Virus record (IMG/VR): IMGVR_UViG_3300035670_000106
Coordinates: 26,096-90,095 of that record
Strand: one strand, 5' to 3'
Origin: a virus
Length of the DNA: 64,000 nt
Shown: positions 51,331 to 60,801 of the stretch, in pieces
Layout of the letters: every line of letters begins with the position of its first letter
Position numbering within the stretch: position 1 is the first letter of the stretch
Position numbers and translations under genes: made by a program
The notes under the pieces: model-generated
Seen by the model: only the letters and a program-made list of their open reading frames with translations
The model's database searches: none
Told to the model about the DNA's origin: nothing

Positions 51331-51935
51331 ATTTTAATTCCTGCATCTCTAAGTTTTTGAAGGCTTGCTAATTCAAAAGCCGGTTGGTAAGCGTACTGCA
51401 TCCAGTCTCCGTGTAAGTAGATTCCATACACTTTAGACTTAAAAGGTCCTGGCTTGTCTACCAGAATCCTAATTGTAGCTAGTGTATCGTACTTTACTGA
51501 ATATACTTTTTCGCCAATTTTAAACTCTGACTGAACTGCATCATCAGGAATAAGGCTTGGGCAAAAATAATTGGGAGAAGGTTTACGAATAGGTACAGCA
51601 TAATTATTCAAGATAGTATGAATAAAGGAAGTACCTCTATAAATGGACTCACTGATCTTTGTAAGACTTTCACCTGCCAAATATTCAGTAATTATATAAT
51701 CAATTTCTTCACTCGTGGCAGGTTTGCCTAGCTTATCTGCCCTACGTCTAGCATCATCCTCTTTCTTCTTTAGATGTTGCTCAATAAGTTTATCTAGCCT
51801 AGACGTATTGTATGCAATATTAAGCATTTTACAGGCTACTTTCTTAGTAGCCGATTTGTCTTTCAAATACTCAATTACCTTTTCAATATCTGAAGGAGAT
51901 GTGCGCTCCTCTAGTGCATCTCTACGTTTAGGCAT
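51327..51935 (-). CDS. DNA-binding protein (T5 D2-like)
   Basis: TKK.AC.MLNIAYNT.RL, YLAGES...IS..IYR motifs. Confidence 0.65.
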   Translation of the reverse strand: MPKRRDALEERTSPSDIEKVIEYLKDKSATKKVACKMLNIAYNTSRLDKLIEQHLKKKEDDARRRADKLGKPATSEEIDYIITEYLAGESLTKISESIYRGTSFIHTILNNYAVPIRKPSPNYFCPSLIPDDAVQSEFKIGEKVYSVKYDTLATIRILVDKPGPFKSKVYGIYLHGDWMQYAYQPAFELASLQKLRDAGIKI

Positions 51936-51943
51936 AAATATCC

Positions 51944-52300
51944 TTATTTAATGGAGTTAATAACCTGTACAAAGTAAGCTGCTGCTTTGCCGGTAATCTT
52001 ATCCAAGATTTCCTCGTCTACCTCTCCGCCGCGAGAGGTAATTGCCTCTTTAAGAGCAGCAATTTGAGACTCTTTACTAACCCGTTTAGTACCGCCCTCG
52101 CCAGAGGTCTTGGTAGTAGTGGTAGCTGCTTCTTTCTTAACATATACGCCAGCCTGAACAAGCACCATACGAATGCCGTTGGGAGAAAGCTCCATTTCTT
52201 CAGCAATGTCTTTGATGATTTCAGTAGAGGTCTCCGGAGTAGGAGAAGCCTTAGTGTACATATTGATAACGGTTTCTTTTTGTTGGTCAGTCCAAGCCAT
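51944..52300 (-). CDS. DNA-binding protein (T5 D3/A2-like)
   Basis: MAWTD, SPNGIRMVL..AGVYVKK, RVSKE, KITGKAAAYF. Confidence 0.7.
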   Translation of the reverse strand: MAWTDQQKETVINMYTKASPTPETSTEIIKDIAEEMELSPNGIRMVLVQAGVYVKKEAATTTTKTSGEGGTKRVSKESQIAALKEAITSRGGEVDEEILDKITGKAAAYFVQVINSIK

Positions 52301-52310
52301 TTTATTTCCT

Positions 52311-52544
52311 TTAATGAAGATTAGTGTTAATTTTAACTAAGTTGCGTGAAGGGGTTAATTCAGCTTTAAGTAGCTTTTCGTACAGTTGAATGTATGTAGT
52401 ACAAAGTTTCCAAAGAACTTCTGGTTCAACTAGAACCGGTTGATCCTCCGGCAACTTTGCTTCCTCAAGGGAAGCTACAAGATTAGAAGCTAGCTGCATA
52501 CTAGAGCTGAATTCGTTTACTTCCCAGAGATTTAATCTTTCCAT
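52311..52544 (-). CDS. Hypothetical protein
   Basis: ORF directly after promoter. Confidence 0.5.
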   Translation of the reverse strand: MERLNLWEVNEFSSSMQLASNLVASLEEAKLPEDQPVLVEPEVLWKLCTTYIQLYEKLLKAELTPSRNLVKINTNLH

Positions 52545-52560
52545 ACACTCAATAATAAAT

Positions 52561-52589
52561 ATTATACAGGATTAGCAGATAAGTTTCAA
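52561..52589 (-). promoter_or_regulatory. sigma70 promoter
   Basis: TTGAAA-17-TATAAT. Confidence 0.75.
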
Positions 52590-52599
52590 GTTAGAAATT

Positions 52600-52869
52600 T
52601 TAAAGCTCATGTTCTTTTACTTCTAACATTTGCTCCGGCCTAAAGTACCTATAACTATGCTTAATATCTAGCTCAGCCATAAGGTTAGCAATTTGCTCTT
52701 TTTTATCTAGAAGAATCTTCTCAACTTCAATGCTAAAATAGGCCTGATCTTCCATATCTAGTTCGCTAATATCAATACCAAAGAATAGGTCTGAAGGAGC
52801 GTGGAGAGGTACAAAAACACGATCAGTAATTTTGTCTTCTTTTGAATACTTAAATGTAAGTAGTTTCAT
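52600..52869 (-). CDS. Hypothetical protein
   Basis: 89 aa, coupled ORF. Confidence 0.55.
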   Translation of the reverse strand: MKLLTFKYSKEDKITDRVFVPLHAPSDLFFGIDISELDMEDQAYFSIEVEKILLDKKEQIANLMAELDIKHSYRYFRPEQMLEVKEHEL

Positions 52870-53132
52870 TCGGCTTCTCTGAAAGAATTAAGTAATGACT
52901 GCTTAAAAGTGCTATTGGCTTTGGTAAAAATTGTAGGAAGAATTAGTATAGGAGCAGCTACAATACTGAGTATTATAAATGCTGAATAAGTAGTATACTT
53001 CTTTTCTAACATATAGCTATCTGAACCTTCCTGCTCTAGCTGCCTCAGTACTGGGTTAAGAATAGTAATTACTGCTGTAATTGCAGTAGCTAAAGCAAAT
53101 ACTATATAGTACTGAATTACTTCATAGCCCAT
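52866..53132 (-). CDS. Small two-TM membrane protein
   Basis: Two hydrophobic helices. Confidence 0.55.
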   Translation of the reverse strand: MGYEVIQYYIVFALATAITAVITILNPVLRQLEQEGSDSYMLEKKYTTYSAFIILSIVAAPILILPTIFTKANSTFKQSLLNSFREAE

Positions 53133-53443
53133 AGGTACTCCCCATTACTATGGGCACGGGTACCAAGAGCAAACATATACTTAGAGCTACCTTCTACAAT
53201 TTTAGCTGCTTTAAATTCTTTTTTCAACATTTCAAATCTAATCTTTTGCTTACTCCATACTTTAGTATTAGGGGTTTTCCTACCCCATTTAATGGATTTA
53301 AGGGCATCTGAGATTTGAGTATTGTTAGGATGTTTTTTAAGCAGTTTAAGCAATTTACGACGTTTGTTGGCCTCATAACGATTCTGAGTCTTGTACAATC
53401 CGTGTTGTGTTACATCAGACTTGCTAGACTTTTTAGAGCTCAT
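53117..53443 (-). CDS. Basic hypothetical protein
   Basis: Lys/Arg-rich, NKRRKL..LKKHPN motif. Confidence 0.55.
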   Translation of the reverse strand: MSSKKSSKSDVTQHGLYKTQNRYEANKRRKLLKLLKKHPNNTQISDALKSIKWGRKTPNTKVWSKQKIRFEMLKKEFKAAKIVEGSSKYMFALGTRAHSNGEYLWAMK

Positions 53444-53446
53444 ATA

Positions 53447-53698
53447 TTATTTCCTTAGATAGATACTGTTGTTAGCTTTAATAACTTGAATCAGCCCATA
53501 TTCTGACTCAATCAGAACGAGGATGTAAATAAGATCAAATACAGTCTGCACATAAATGCCAGAGGCTGCAAAGATCTCAGTTAATTCCCCGATTCTTTCC
53601 TCAGTGAGTTCCATAGGATCTTCCGAGCCAATTAAGTCTAATAGAGCCGGAAAAGCGTTAGGGCCAATTTCTTCAGCAAGAGTTATTCCAAATTCCAT
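53447..53698 (-). CDS. Hypothetical protein
   Basis: First ORF after promoter, GAGAG RBS. Confidence 0.55.
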   Translation of the reverse strand: MEFGITLAEEIGPNAFPALLDLIGSEDPMELTEERIGELTEIFAASGIYVQTVFDLIYILVLIESEYGLIQVIKANNSIYLRK

Positions 53699-53728
53699 TT
53701 TTATCTCTCAACTCACTGTATAAATAAT

Positions 53729-53757
53729 ATTATACAGACTTTAACTTTATACTTCAA
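53729..53757 (-). promoter_or_regulatory. sigma70 promoter with palindromic -10 region
   Basis: TTGAAG-17-TATAAT; CTGTATAA/TTATACAG inverted repeat. Confidence 0.75.
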
Positions 53758-53767
53758 GTCTGTAATT

Positions 53768-54037
53768 TTATTGGTGGGCTAGTACGTACCTACCGTAATC
53801 CGCATTACTCAACATTGTGAGAGTATCCGCCCCTGTTGAGCTGGTATATGTGATATTACCATCACTAGTTAAATTGCCTGTAATGCTACCGAGTTTTAAA
53901 CTACCTGTATAATTGTCACTATAATTGACGCTACAGTCAGGAAATAAGACTTTTAGTTGCTTTTCTACTTCTTGCCAGTTTTTATTAGGGTTGCTGGTGT
54001 AACCCTTTAGCCAATAACAAAAATTTTCATGCGTCAT
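53768..54037 (-). CDS. Hypothetical protein (MT.ENFCYWL.G type)
   Basis: AAGGAG RBS before ATG 54037. Confidence 0.6.
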   Translation of the reverse strand: MTHENFCYWLKGYTSNPNKNWQEVEKQLKVLFPDCSVNYSDNYTGSLKLGSITGNLTSDGNITYTSSTGADTLTMLSNADYGRYVLAHQ

Positions 54038-54056
54038 GCTTTCTCCTTTAAATACG

Positions 54057-54130
54057 TGGCCCACCGCGACGGACTCGAACCGCCATCAAGGGTTTTGGAG
54101 ACCCCTATTCTGCCGTTGAACTAGCGGAGG
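54057..54130 (-). tRNA. tRNA-Trp (CCA)
   Basis: Cloverleaf, loop CT-CCA-AA, TTCGA, encoded CCA end. Confidence 0.9.
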
Positions 54131-54135
54131 GTAAA

Positions 54136-54211
54136 TGGTACACCTGGTGGGAATTGAACCCTACGTTTCTGCCTTGAAATGGCAATGTCCTAACCATTAG
54201 ACGACAGGTGC
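54136..54211 (-). tRNA. tRNA-Glu (TTC)
   Basis: Cloverleaf, loop AT-TTC-AA, CCA end. Confidence 0.88.
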
Positions 54212-54217
54212 TTTAAT

Positions 54218-54294
54218 TGGTCTGAGTGGTAGGATTTGAACCTACGACCGCGTCCTTCCAAGGGACCCATGCTACCAAGCTACACCACACTCAG
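54218..54294 (-). tRNA. tRNA-Pro (TGG)
   Basis: Cloverleaf, loop CT-TGG-AA, CCA end. Confidence 0.88.
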
Positions 54295-54301
54295 AGTATT
54301 A

Positions 54302-54376
54302 TGGTACTCTGTGAAGGATTTGAACCTTCGACCCCTTCCTTGTAAGGGAAGCGCTCTACCACTGAGCTAACAAAGT
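54302..54376 (-). tRNA. tRNA-Val (TAC)
   Basis: Cloverleaf, CTTCC-CT-TAC-AA-GGAAG, CCA end. Confidence 0.92.
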
Positions 54377-54540
54377 ATTACCAGTGTCTTATAACACCGG
54401 CTATAATAAATATACAAGTAATAAGTTCTACAGTCCTGACAACCCAAAACATTTTATACTTGTAATAGTGATTTATATGTTTCATTCCTTAACCTACTAA
54501 TAGTAATAAATTAAGGAATGAGGGCATGTGCCCTCACTTT

Positions 54541-55941
54541 TTAGTAATTATACCTAGGAGTCAGTAAAGTCTCTAGCATAATGTTTCTAGGAGAAAATCG
54601 ATCTACTGGAGTACCAAGAATACTTGTCATAATACTTGGTGAGAAGCCAGAAACCAGAGCTACTCCCTGCTCATTTGCAGAGACTGGTACGTTGCCGTAA
54701 GCCTTCAGATTCCAGAACACAATTTGTGGTACTTTATATCCAGCAGTTTCAAAATTCCTACGAATACTTTCTACTGCGGAGTCTCCATATGTTATACACT
54801 CATCAAACTGCATGTCTGAAAAGATCATCAAAACTTCTGGCATTTCTTCTTGAGGTACTTTACCTTGAACTGCAGTATTTAGTACTAGGTTCAAGGCTTT
54901 TACCAGGTTAGTATTAAAACCCCAGGAAGACCCCCTTAGCTGGCTAACCTTCTCATAAATATTACCCCGAAGAATATCAATGGAAGGCTCTTCAGAAAAA
55001 GTAAGGAACATATCCTTAAACTTCCCGGTATTTTTATCAGCGCAATACAGTCCTAAAGAAATAGCTACTTGCATAGCTGTAAGGTTTTTACCTACAGGTG
55101 TCATCATAGAGCCACTAACATCAACCATTGGAAGGATTTTAGCATTTCCAATGTAATTAGGCAGTGCTTCCCACTGAGACTTTATAAAACTAATCTCGGA
55201 GGCACTAGGTTCGATATAGTAACTAAAAAGACTGCGAAGTACCTCGTATGGATAGATAGCACCGGCATTAACCTTGGTTTTCCCCTTAGCCAGTGAATCT
55301 ACATACTTTGTATATAGCTCCGGAGTATGTTTAATAAAAGCAGCACGATAACGAGCAGCAGCAACAGAAGGTACTTTGCTAAACTCTATAGTATCCCAGC
55401 TATGGGCACACATCTGTGTTTCTACAACCTTAGTTAGATTGACTAAGGTTTTGCGATAGACCTTAGGGGACATACCAAGCAGTCCACGAAGCTTGGCCGC
55501 TTCTACCCCCTTACGAGGCATCCATTTAGCACAAAGGCCGTTACCCTCTGCTAGAGCCTGTTTAATTAGGAATGCGGCAAATCTCTTAGCTTCTGCACTT
55601 TTAACAGCAAGCAAGTCATCCCAACGACCCAACTCTGGGATAGCCTTCATTAAGCGTAAAGCATCGTCTAAATTGGCAAATTCAAGCCAATTTAGCATAT
55701 CCCTAAAAAGCTGACGTTCCCCGGCACCTTTTCTAGCGTCTCGTGCCCACAGCATAATACGGTTAGCCAAGTCACGATCTGAAGCATACGCTGCTGCAAA
55801 ATCTGGGACAATATTCTGCCCGCGAGAAGCCCCTACCTTAAAAAAGAGGTCTACGCAAGGATCTGAAGTGCTCTTAAGCGCCCTCATTCCATTCTCGGTA
55901 TAGGTGGTTTGATTGTTTACTGCATTTGCAAAAGTATTCAT
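54541..55941 (-). CDS. DUF2828-family protein: helical N-terminus plus vWA/MIDAS domain (Ro60/TROVE-like architecture)
   Basis: DLFF, ARDARKGAGER, GRWDDLL, AKWMPR, DVSGSM, SDMQFD, FWNL, SGFSP; AAGGA RBS before ATG 55941. Confidence 0.8.
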   Translation of the reverse strand: MNTFANAVNNQTTYTENGMRALKSTSDPCVDLFFKVGASRGQNIVPDFAAAYASDRDLANRIMLWARDARKGAGERQLFRDMLNWLEFANLDDALRLMKAIPELGRWDDLLAVKSAEAKRFAAFLIKQALAEGNGLCAKWMPRKGVEAAKLRGLLGMSPKVYRKTLVNLTKVVETQMCAHSWDTIEFSKVPSVAAARYRAAFIKHTPELYTKYVDSLAKGKTKVNAGAIYPYEVLRSLFSYYIEPSASEISFIKSQWEALPNYIGNAKILPMVDVSGSMMTPVGKNLTAMQVAISLGLYCADKNTGKFKDMFLTFSEEPSIDILRGNIYEKVSQLRGSSWGFNTNLVKALNLVLNTAVQGKVPQEEMPEVLMIFSDMQFDECITYGDSAVESIRRNFETAGYKVPQIVFWNLKAYGNVPVSANEQGVALVSGFSPSIMTSILGTPVDRFSPRNIMLETLLTPRYNY

Positions 55942-55955
55942 TAAATTTTCCTTAA

Positions 55956-56077
55956 CAGATTGAAGAGTATTCACTTTTTCAAGAGTGTATAATAATAATA
56001 TTGCTGAATTCAATCTTATATTCAGAATGGGTTATTTTCGCCAGTGAAATTAATTTTATTTGCTGTAACCATTCTTA
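55956..56077 (-). ncRNA. Tandem pair of CAGCAA stem-loop RNA elements in the DUF2828 gene leader
   Basis: TAAGAATGG-TTACAGCAA...CCATTCTG and TAAGATTGAA-TTCAGCAA...TTCAATCTG, each enclosing a small inner hairpin. Confidence 0.65.
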
Positions 56078-56227
56078 TTAATTTGTTCTTTGAAGTAATT
56101 GTACACGTACTGTACAGGTAGATCTGCTGGTCTAAGATGCCCGAATAAAGGGTTTTTACTATACCACCAAGCCTGCACCAATTTAGGGTCATGAAGTATA
56201 GTACTGAGATACTTATCTACTAAGATC

Positions 56228-56695
56228 TTATAGACTTCCATTAAACATCCAATCCGGAGTTTTTGATTTCCAAGTCGCAAAAACTTTTGTGCGATAGTAG
56301 GCTCTATAAGAGTCTACAGTATCAGGTAGTTTCTTAAATTCTTCTGGCATAGCTCTAGCAAACTTTGTAAGTCCTTTACTAGGGAGTTTAGGCACTTCCA
56401 TTTCTGATACTAAATCCCAGGACTTATGATTAGTCTTTTTATTATACCTATCTTTACTAGCCTCATTAAGCCAAAATGCTAAATCTAACAAGTAGATATA
56501 ATTGTCTAAAGATTCTCTAACCCATTTAGTACAGGGGTGATTAGCATGTGTTGGTTTGTAAGGTACTTTGATATTATACTCAGAGGCTACGGTACAAATC
56601 ATCTGAGCAGACTCCAGTATCATTTTATTTACATGCTGGTCACAGTGGTAGAAGGCATTGGTTTTTACATCATAATCTAGTATAAATATATTCAT
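56228..56695 (-). CDS. Pyrimidine-dimer DNA glycosylase-like protein (DenV / endonuclease V-related family)
   Basis: MNIF.LD......A..HCD.HV.KMILESAQM, YKPTH.NHPC..W, AMP....YR.YY. Confidence 0.75.
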   Translation of the reverse strand: MNIFILDYDVKTNAFYHCDQHVNKMILESAQMICTVASEYNIKVPYKPTHANHPCTKWVRESLDNYIYLLDLAFWLNEASKDRYNKKTNHKSWDLVSEMEVPKLPSKGLTKFARAMPEEFKKLPDTVDSYRAYYRTKVFATWKSKTPDWMFNGSL

Positions 56696-56857
56696 ACTTT
56701 TTTGTACATAAAAAAATGTCTTTTGCCTTTTGGAAAGTAAAATTTTGGAGTAAGTCCAATGGCTTTAGTAATAACATGCGTATCATTAAAGCCAATGACA
56801 GTAAAGATAAATGGTACATCCATCTTTTTATACTTTCCGCCTAGCTCCCAAAAAGGA

Positions 56858-57046
56858 TCACAGGAACTGTTTATATGTTCTGATTGCTTCTGCGTCGAGG
56901 CTTGCATACTTTCTAAACTCATCCTTTCCTACACGATCGTAAAGTTTAATAGCCATTTGCTCAAGATTCTCAAGCCGTTCAATAGTTAAGCATTGAAAGT
57001 ACCTAGAAAGAAAAGCATCAATAAGAAACTCTTTTGTGTATCCCAT
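56858..57046 (-). CDS. Small hypothetical protein
   Basis: GAGGG RBS, first ORF after promoter. Confidence 0.55.
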   Translation of the reverse strand: MGYTKEFLIDAFLSRYFQCLTIERLENLEQMAIKLYDRVGKDEFRKYASLDAEAIRTYKQFL

Positions 57047-57070
57047 GTTGTTCCCTCACTCAATAATAAT

Positions 57071-57099
57071 ATTATACTCTCATTGATGAGAAAAATCAA
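57071..57099 (-). promoter_or_regulatory. sigma70 promoter
   Basis: TTGATT-17-TATAAT. Confidence 0.75.
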
Positions 57100-57110
57100 C
57101 ACAAAAATTT

Positions 57111-57632
57111 TTAAAGTCTTTTTATCTTATAGTATGCGGATAACACTTTTTTGTCATACCCAGGTGTTTGGCCGGAATAACATAGTAAAGCTTTACTAGT
57201 AACTCTTTTAGTACGCTTCATACATTCGTGCAGTACCAGGGTTCCCAGAAATATATTAGTATTAATATTAAATATTTCTGGGTTCCCTAGCTCTTTCTTA
57301 GCTCGTATGATCTTATCTTTATGCCATACTGGAATTACCTGCATCAACCCATATGCCCCAGATTCAGAAATAGCGTGAGGGCGATACATAGATTCTACTT
57401 GTTGAATAGCAAGAATTAGCTTCTTATCCAGGTTAAACTCTCTAGCCCACCTGCTGCTTGCCTCTACTATTTCTGTAGCTTTACTCTCTGGCAGTTTTGG
57501 GTTTTTGTTTTGTATATACTTTATATACGGAAATAAGTAACTGGTATCAATGGTTAGTCTACCATGATGAACTTCTTTTATATGCCCAATAGATAGCACT
57601 ATAAAAATTATAAGTATGAATGATTTTATCAT
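57111..57632 (-). CDS. SLT-domain lytic transglycosylase with N-terminal signal/anchor
   Basis: AIQQVES, A.S..GAYGLMQV, NI..G...L. Confidence 0.88.
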   Translation of the reverse strand: MIKSFILIIFIVLSIGHIKEVHHGRLTIDTSYLFPYIKYIQNKNPKLPESKATEIVEASSRWAREFNLDKKLILAIQQVESMYRPHAISESGAYGLMQVIPVWHKDKIIRAKKELGNPEIFNINTNIFLGTLVLHECMKRTKRVTSKALLCYSGQTPGYDKKVLSAYYKIKRL

Positions 57633-57951
57633 TTTTAGTTCCTTTGAATACTAATTTCTATAATACGCAAAGGGACTAAAGCCCCCATAAAGTAATAAAC
57701 AATATGAGGGCTTCTACCTTTGTTACAGCTAAGGTCTGGCTGGCTTTTATTGTACCTGCAGTCAGGGTATAGTAGCATCTGTTTAAGAGGTTGAGCTACT
57801 ATCAGTACCTTGCGTATTTACTTTTGTGCCTAAATCATAATCTATAGCTTATGATATGAAGCTGCGAACTTTTAACTTGAAGCTAAGTAAACTTTGCTAA
57901 AGAACTTCAAGGTTCGGGATGGCCAGTCCTACCGTCAAGTACGGGTGACTA

Positions 57952-58317
57952 TTATTTTAGTAGAATGGGAATCTTTTTACGTTGTGACACATTCACAAGT
58001 CTAATAGTAAGAAGACCATTTTCTAAGTGCGCTGTATCAATCTCGTATGACCCTCTGATATTGAAACTTCGTGTAAAGTCCCTAGAGGCGATTCCCTTGA
58101 GTAGATAGGCACGATCTTCTTTTTCGTTACGCTTCCCTGATACTACTAAAACTGAATTCTCAAACGCGACATCTAGCTCATCTTGCTTGAATCCTGCAAC
58201 AGCTAACTCTATAATAAGAGACTCATCTGTTTCTTGGTAGGCATTCGCAGGAGGATACCCTGCATTACGATGATGTAGATTCATGTTAAATAGAACGTCG
58301 TCAAATAGACCTGTCAT
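57952..58317 (-). CDS. Small heat shock protein (Hsp20/IbpA-like)
   Basis: YPP.N, IELAVAGF, KGIASRDFTRSF, LENGLL.I. Confidence 0.9.
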   Translation of the reverse strand: MTGLFDDVLFNMNLHHRNAGYPPANAYQETDESLIIELAVAGFKQDELDVAFENSVLVVSGKRNEKEDRAYLLKGIASRDFTRSFNIRGSYEIDTAHLENGLLTIRLVNVSQRKKIPILLK

Positions 58318-58383
58318 TTTTTATCTCCTTAAAGGCAGAAAGTTAATTATATATATGAGCCGGAGAATCCGCACTCATGTATA

Positions 58384-58412
58384 ATTATAACACTTCTGCA
58401 CTTTAGGGTCAA
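58384..58412 (-). promoter_or_regulatory. sigma70 promoter for Hsp20
   Basis: TTGACC-17-TATAAT. Confidence 0.75.
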
Positions 58413-58423
58413 GTCTAAATTTT

Positions 58424-58780
58424 TTATGCCTGAGAGTCTCCAGGAGCTACTCTATAGTTATCTTCTACACTGTCTGGGGTGGAAACCTCTAATATGCTAC
58501 CTTTGGTTAAACAGACTAACTGATGGGGTAGTAGTGGCTGGTTATGCCACGTGTTGCCGGGCTGGAGTATTCGTCTTAGACGTTTGGCGCAAGATGTATC
58601 AATATACCATACCTCAAAAATACCTGATAAAACATACCAAGTCTCCTCCTTTTCAGCATGAAAGTGCATAGAGAACTTAGCGCCTTCATTAAAGTGAAGG
58701 AACTTACCACAATACTTGTCATTTGTTACAAATATCTCTTCCTTGCCCCAACCTTTATTTACTATACCTTCTTGTCTCAT
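58424..58780 (-). CDS. Cupin-domain protein (sugar isomerase-like)
   Basis: KGWG.E, FSMHFHAEKEETWYV, PHQL, EVST.DSVEDNYRV. Confidence 0.8.
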   Translation of the reverse strand: MRQEGIVNKGWGKEEIFVTNDKYCGKFLHFNEGAKFSMHFHAEKEETWYVLSGIFEVWYIDTSCAKRLRRILQPGNTWHNQPLLPHQLVCLTKGSILEVSTPDSVEDNYRVAPGDSQA

Positions 58781-58845
58781 AGTAGAATAATTGTAATAAG
58801 AAATATAACAATAGCAGTAGTCATCTATACCTCATTAATTAGTTG

Positions 58846-58919
58846 TGGAGCAGATAGTGGGAATCGAACCCACGTCCTCAGCTTGGAAGGCTGTGATTCT
58901 ACCATTGAACTACATCTGC
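58846..58919 (-). tRNA. tRNA-Gly (TCC)
   Basis: Cloverleaf, CT-TCC-AA, CCA end. Confidence 0.92.
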
Positions 58920-58924
58920 GTGTG

Positions 58925-58999
58925 TGGCTCCGAAGGCTGGGATCGAACCAGCGACACAAGGATTAACAGTCCTTCGTTCTACCTCTGAACTACTTCGGA
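58925..58999 (-). tRNA. tRNA-Asn (GTT)
   Basis: Cloverleaf, CT-GTT-AA, CCA end. Confidence 0.92.
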
Positions 59000-59005
59000 A
59001 TAATT

Positions 59006-59098
59006 TGGTGGGTGTGGCTGGAGTCGAACCAGCAGTGTTTACCACGAGGGAGTGGATTTACAGTCCACCGATGCACACGCCTTAGCATCAACACACCC
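59006..59098 (-). tRNA. tRNA-Tyr (GTA)
   Basis: GTGGA-CT-GTA-AA-TCCAC, long variable arm, CCA end. Confidence 0.88.
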
Positions 59099-59222
59099 AA
59101 TATTTTTTATACCTCCTAGCTGTCCACTAGGCTGAGAATTCAGGCCCTCGATAAACTTGATAGTCAGTTAGCTAAACTTCTATGCTTGTTATCTACTTGC
59201 TACTCATCTGAAAGGTATAACT

Positions 59223-59317
59223 TGGCGGAAGTGATGGGATTTGAACCCATGAGCCGGGTTTTTGCCCGACTGCTCCCTTAGCAGGGGAGTGCCTTAGACC
59301 AGCTCGGCCACACTTCC
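59223..59317 (-). tRNA. tRNA-Ser (GCT)
   Basis: CTCCC-CT-GCT-AA-GGGAG, long variable arm, CCA end. Confidence 0.92.
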
Positions 59318-59794
59318 AGAATAACTCATAATTCTTTTGAGTTGGTCCGCCGCGTTGGACGCGGCGAAGCCTACTGGTTTAATCTTTGGTTCTACATTAC
59401 ATACACCTTTTATATAACCTATTGCTTGGTGTACTACGCAGTATGAACCATTATCTTCATTTGGGTTAATATCCATATGAACTTCAATGGGAATATCTAC
59501 AACTTGTGCAAGTTGTAGGAATACCTCAGCGGTTTTGTATACCTCGTTCATAAGACGGTATGAAGGTTTATTTTGTTTTTTATCGTAGTCTAGCTCTCTA
59601 GTAATAGCACCAAATATTTTTCCACCATGTTTACCATTAATATGGATAATTACTACTGTAGCATAGTCTACATACCATTTCTTTTTGTGTCTAATGCGTT
59701 CTGAGTCAGTACCAATATAGATCTTAGAACCAGGACCTACAGTATCTACAAAAGATACAACTTTAGCAATATCAATCTTGTTTGGTACTTTCAT
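59294..59794 (-). CDS. RNase H-like YkuK (DUF458)-family protein
   Basis: IYIGTDS, RLMNEV, EVHMDIN, IKP..FAAS..AD. Confidence 0.75.
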   Translation of the reverse strand: MKVPNKIDIAKVVSFVDTVGPGSKIYIGTDSERIRHKKKWYVDYATVVIIHINGKHGGKIFGAITRELDYDKKQNKPSYRLMNEVYKTAEVFLQLAQVVDIPIEVHMDINPNEDNGSYCVVHQAIGYIKGVCNVEPKIKPVGFAASNAADQLKRIMSYSGSVAELV

Positions 59795-60100
59795 TTATTT
59801 TCTCTTTTAACTTTATAGCCCATAGTAAGGCCTCATCTTCCGTAGCAAATACTGGGCTTACTACTTTCTCTACTTCTGAAAATTTGTACGTCCAAAAATA
59901 CGTGTAACTAGAAGAATGCTGATCCATGTATTTTATTAGTTGCATGATATTGATACCCACTCAATAAATGATTATTAATATCATGCAACTTACGCAAAGA
60001 AACTTTTTCTTTCCTGCGTTTAGCTTTATTAGTCTTTATATGAGCACCTTGTTTTTTCTTTAGCATTGCTAAAAGAATGTGATTCCTCGGTTTCATCATT

Positions 60101-60307
60101 TTAATACCTTTCACAAACTTGAATAAATCTGAAGTCGTTTTCGTGTACCCACTGTTTTTTAAGCCCTTTAAAGAAAAAAGTAGTGCTATCCAAGTATTCT
60201 ACTTCCATATAGAGAGTGTCTTTAGCGGTTACATACCATTTACCTGACAGTATACAGGTAGTAAGCTCACCTGTTATACTTTTAACGAACCAAAGCTCTT
60301 GTCTCAT
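60101..60307 (-). CDS. Hypothetical protein
   Basis: Coupled ORF in small-gene cluster. Confidence 0.45.
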   Translation of the reverse strand: MRQELWFVKSITGELTTCILSGKWYVTAKDTLYMEVEYLDSTTFFFKGLKKQWVHENDFRFIQVCERY

Positions 60308-60477
60308 TCTAGTTCCAGTACGATTCCATTATCATCATGAGATACTTTAATTACTCGCTTACCTTCAACAAAAATAGGTACTTTTGGTACTCTATCTAGA
60401 ACACCTGAAGTATTACGACCTCTTACAAGGTCTCTCCATAGAAATTCTATTTCAGTTGCAATATCATAAGCATCCAT
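60304..60477 (-). CDS. Hypothetical protein
   Basis: AGGA RBS before ATG 60477; the ORF-track extension runs into the tRNA. Confidence 0.5.
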   Translation of the reverse strand: MDAYDIATEIEFLWRDLVRGRNTSGVLDRVPKVPIFVEGKRVIKVSHDDNGIVLELE

Positions 60478-60495
60478 ACTATTTCCTATTAAATT

Positions 60496-60786
<291 letters not shown>

Positions 60787-60801
60787 TTATACTCCTAAAT
60801 T

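Noticed and set aside
53716-53737. LexA box
   Set aside because: CTG and CAG are 16 nt apart, not 10.
55942-56013. 24-aa N-terminal extension of DUF2828 in the ORF track
   Set aside because: Better RBS and ATG at 55941; the extension overlaps the RNA motif.
59107-59220. Second hammerhead (CAGAUGA...GAAG)
   Set aside because: Core deviates from CUGANGA/GAAA and the stems could not be formed.
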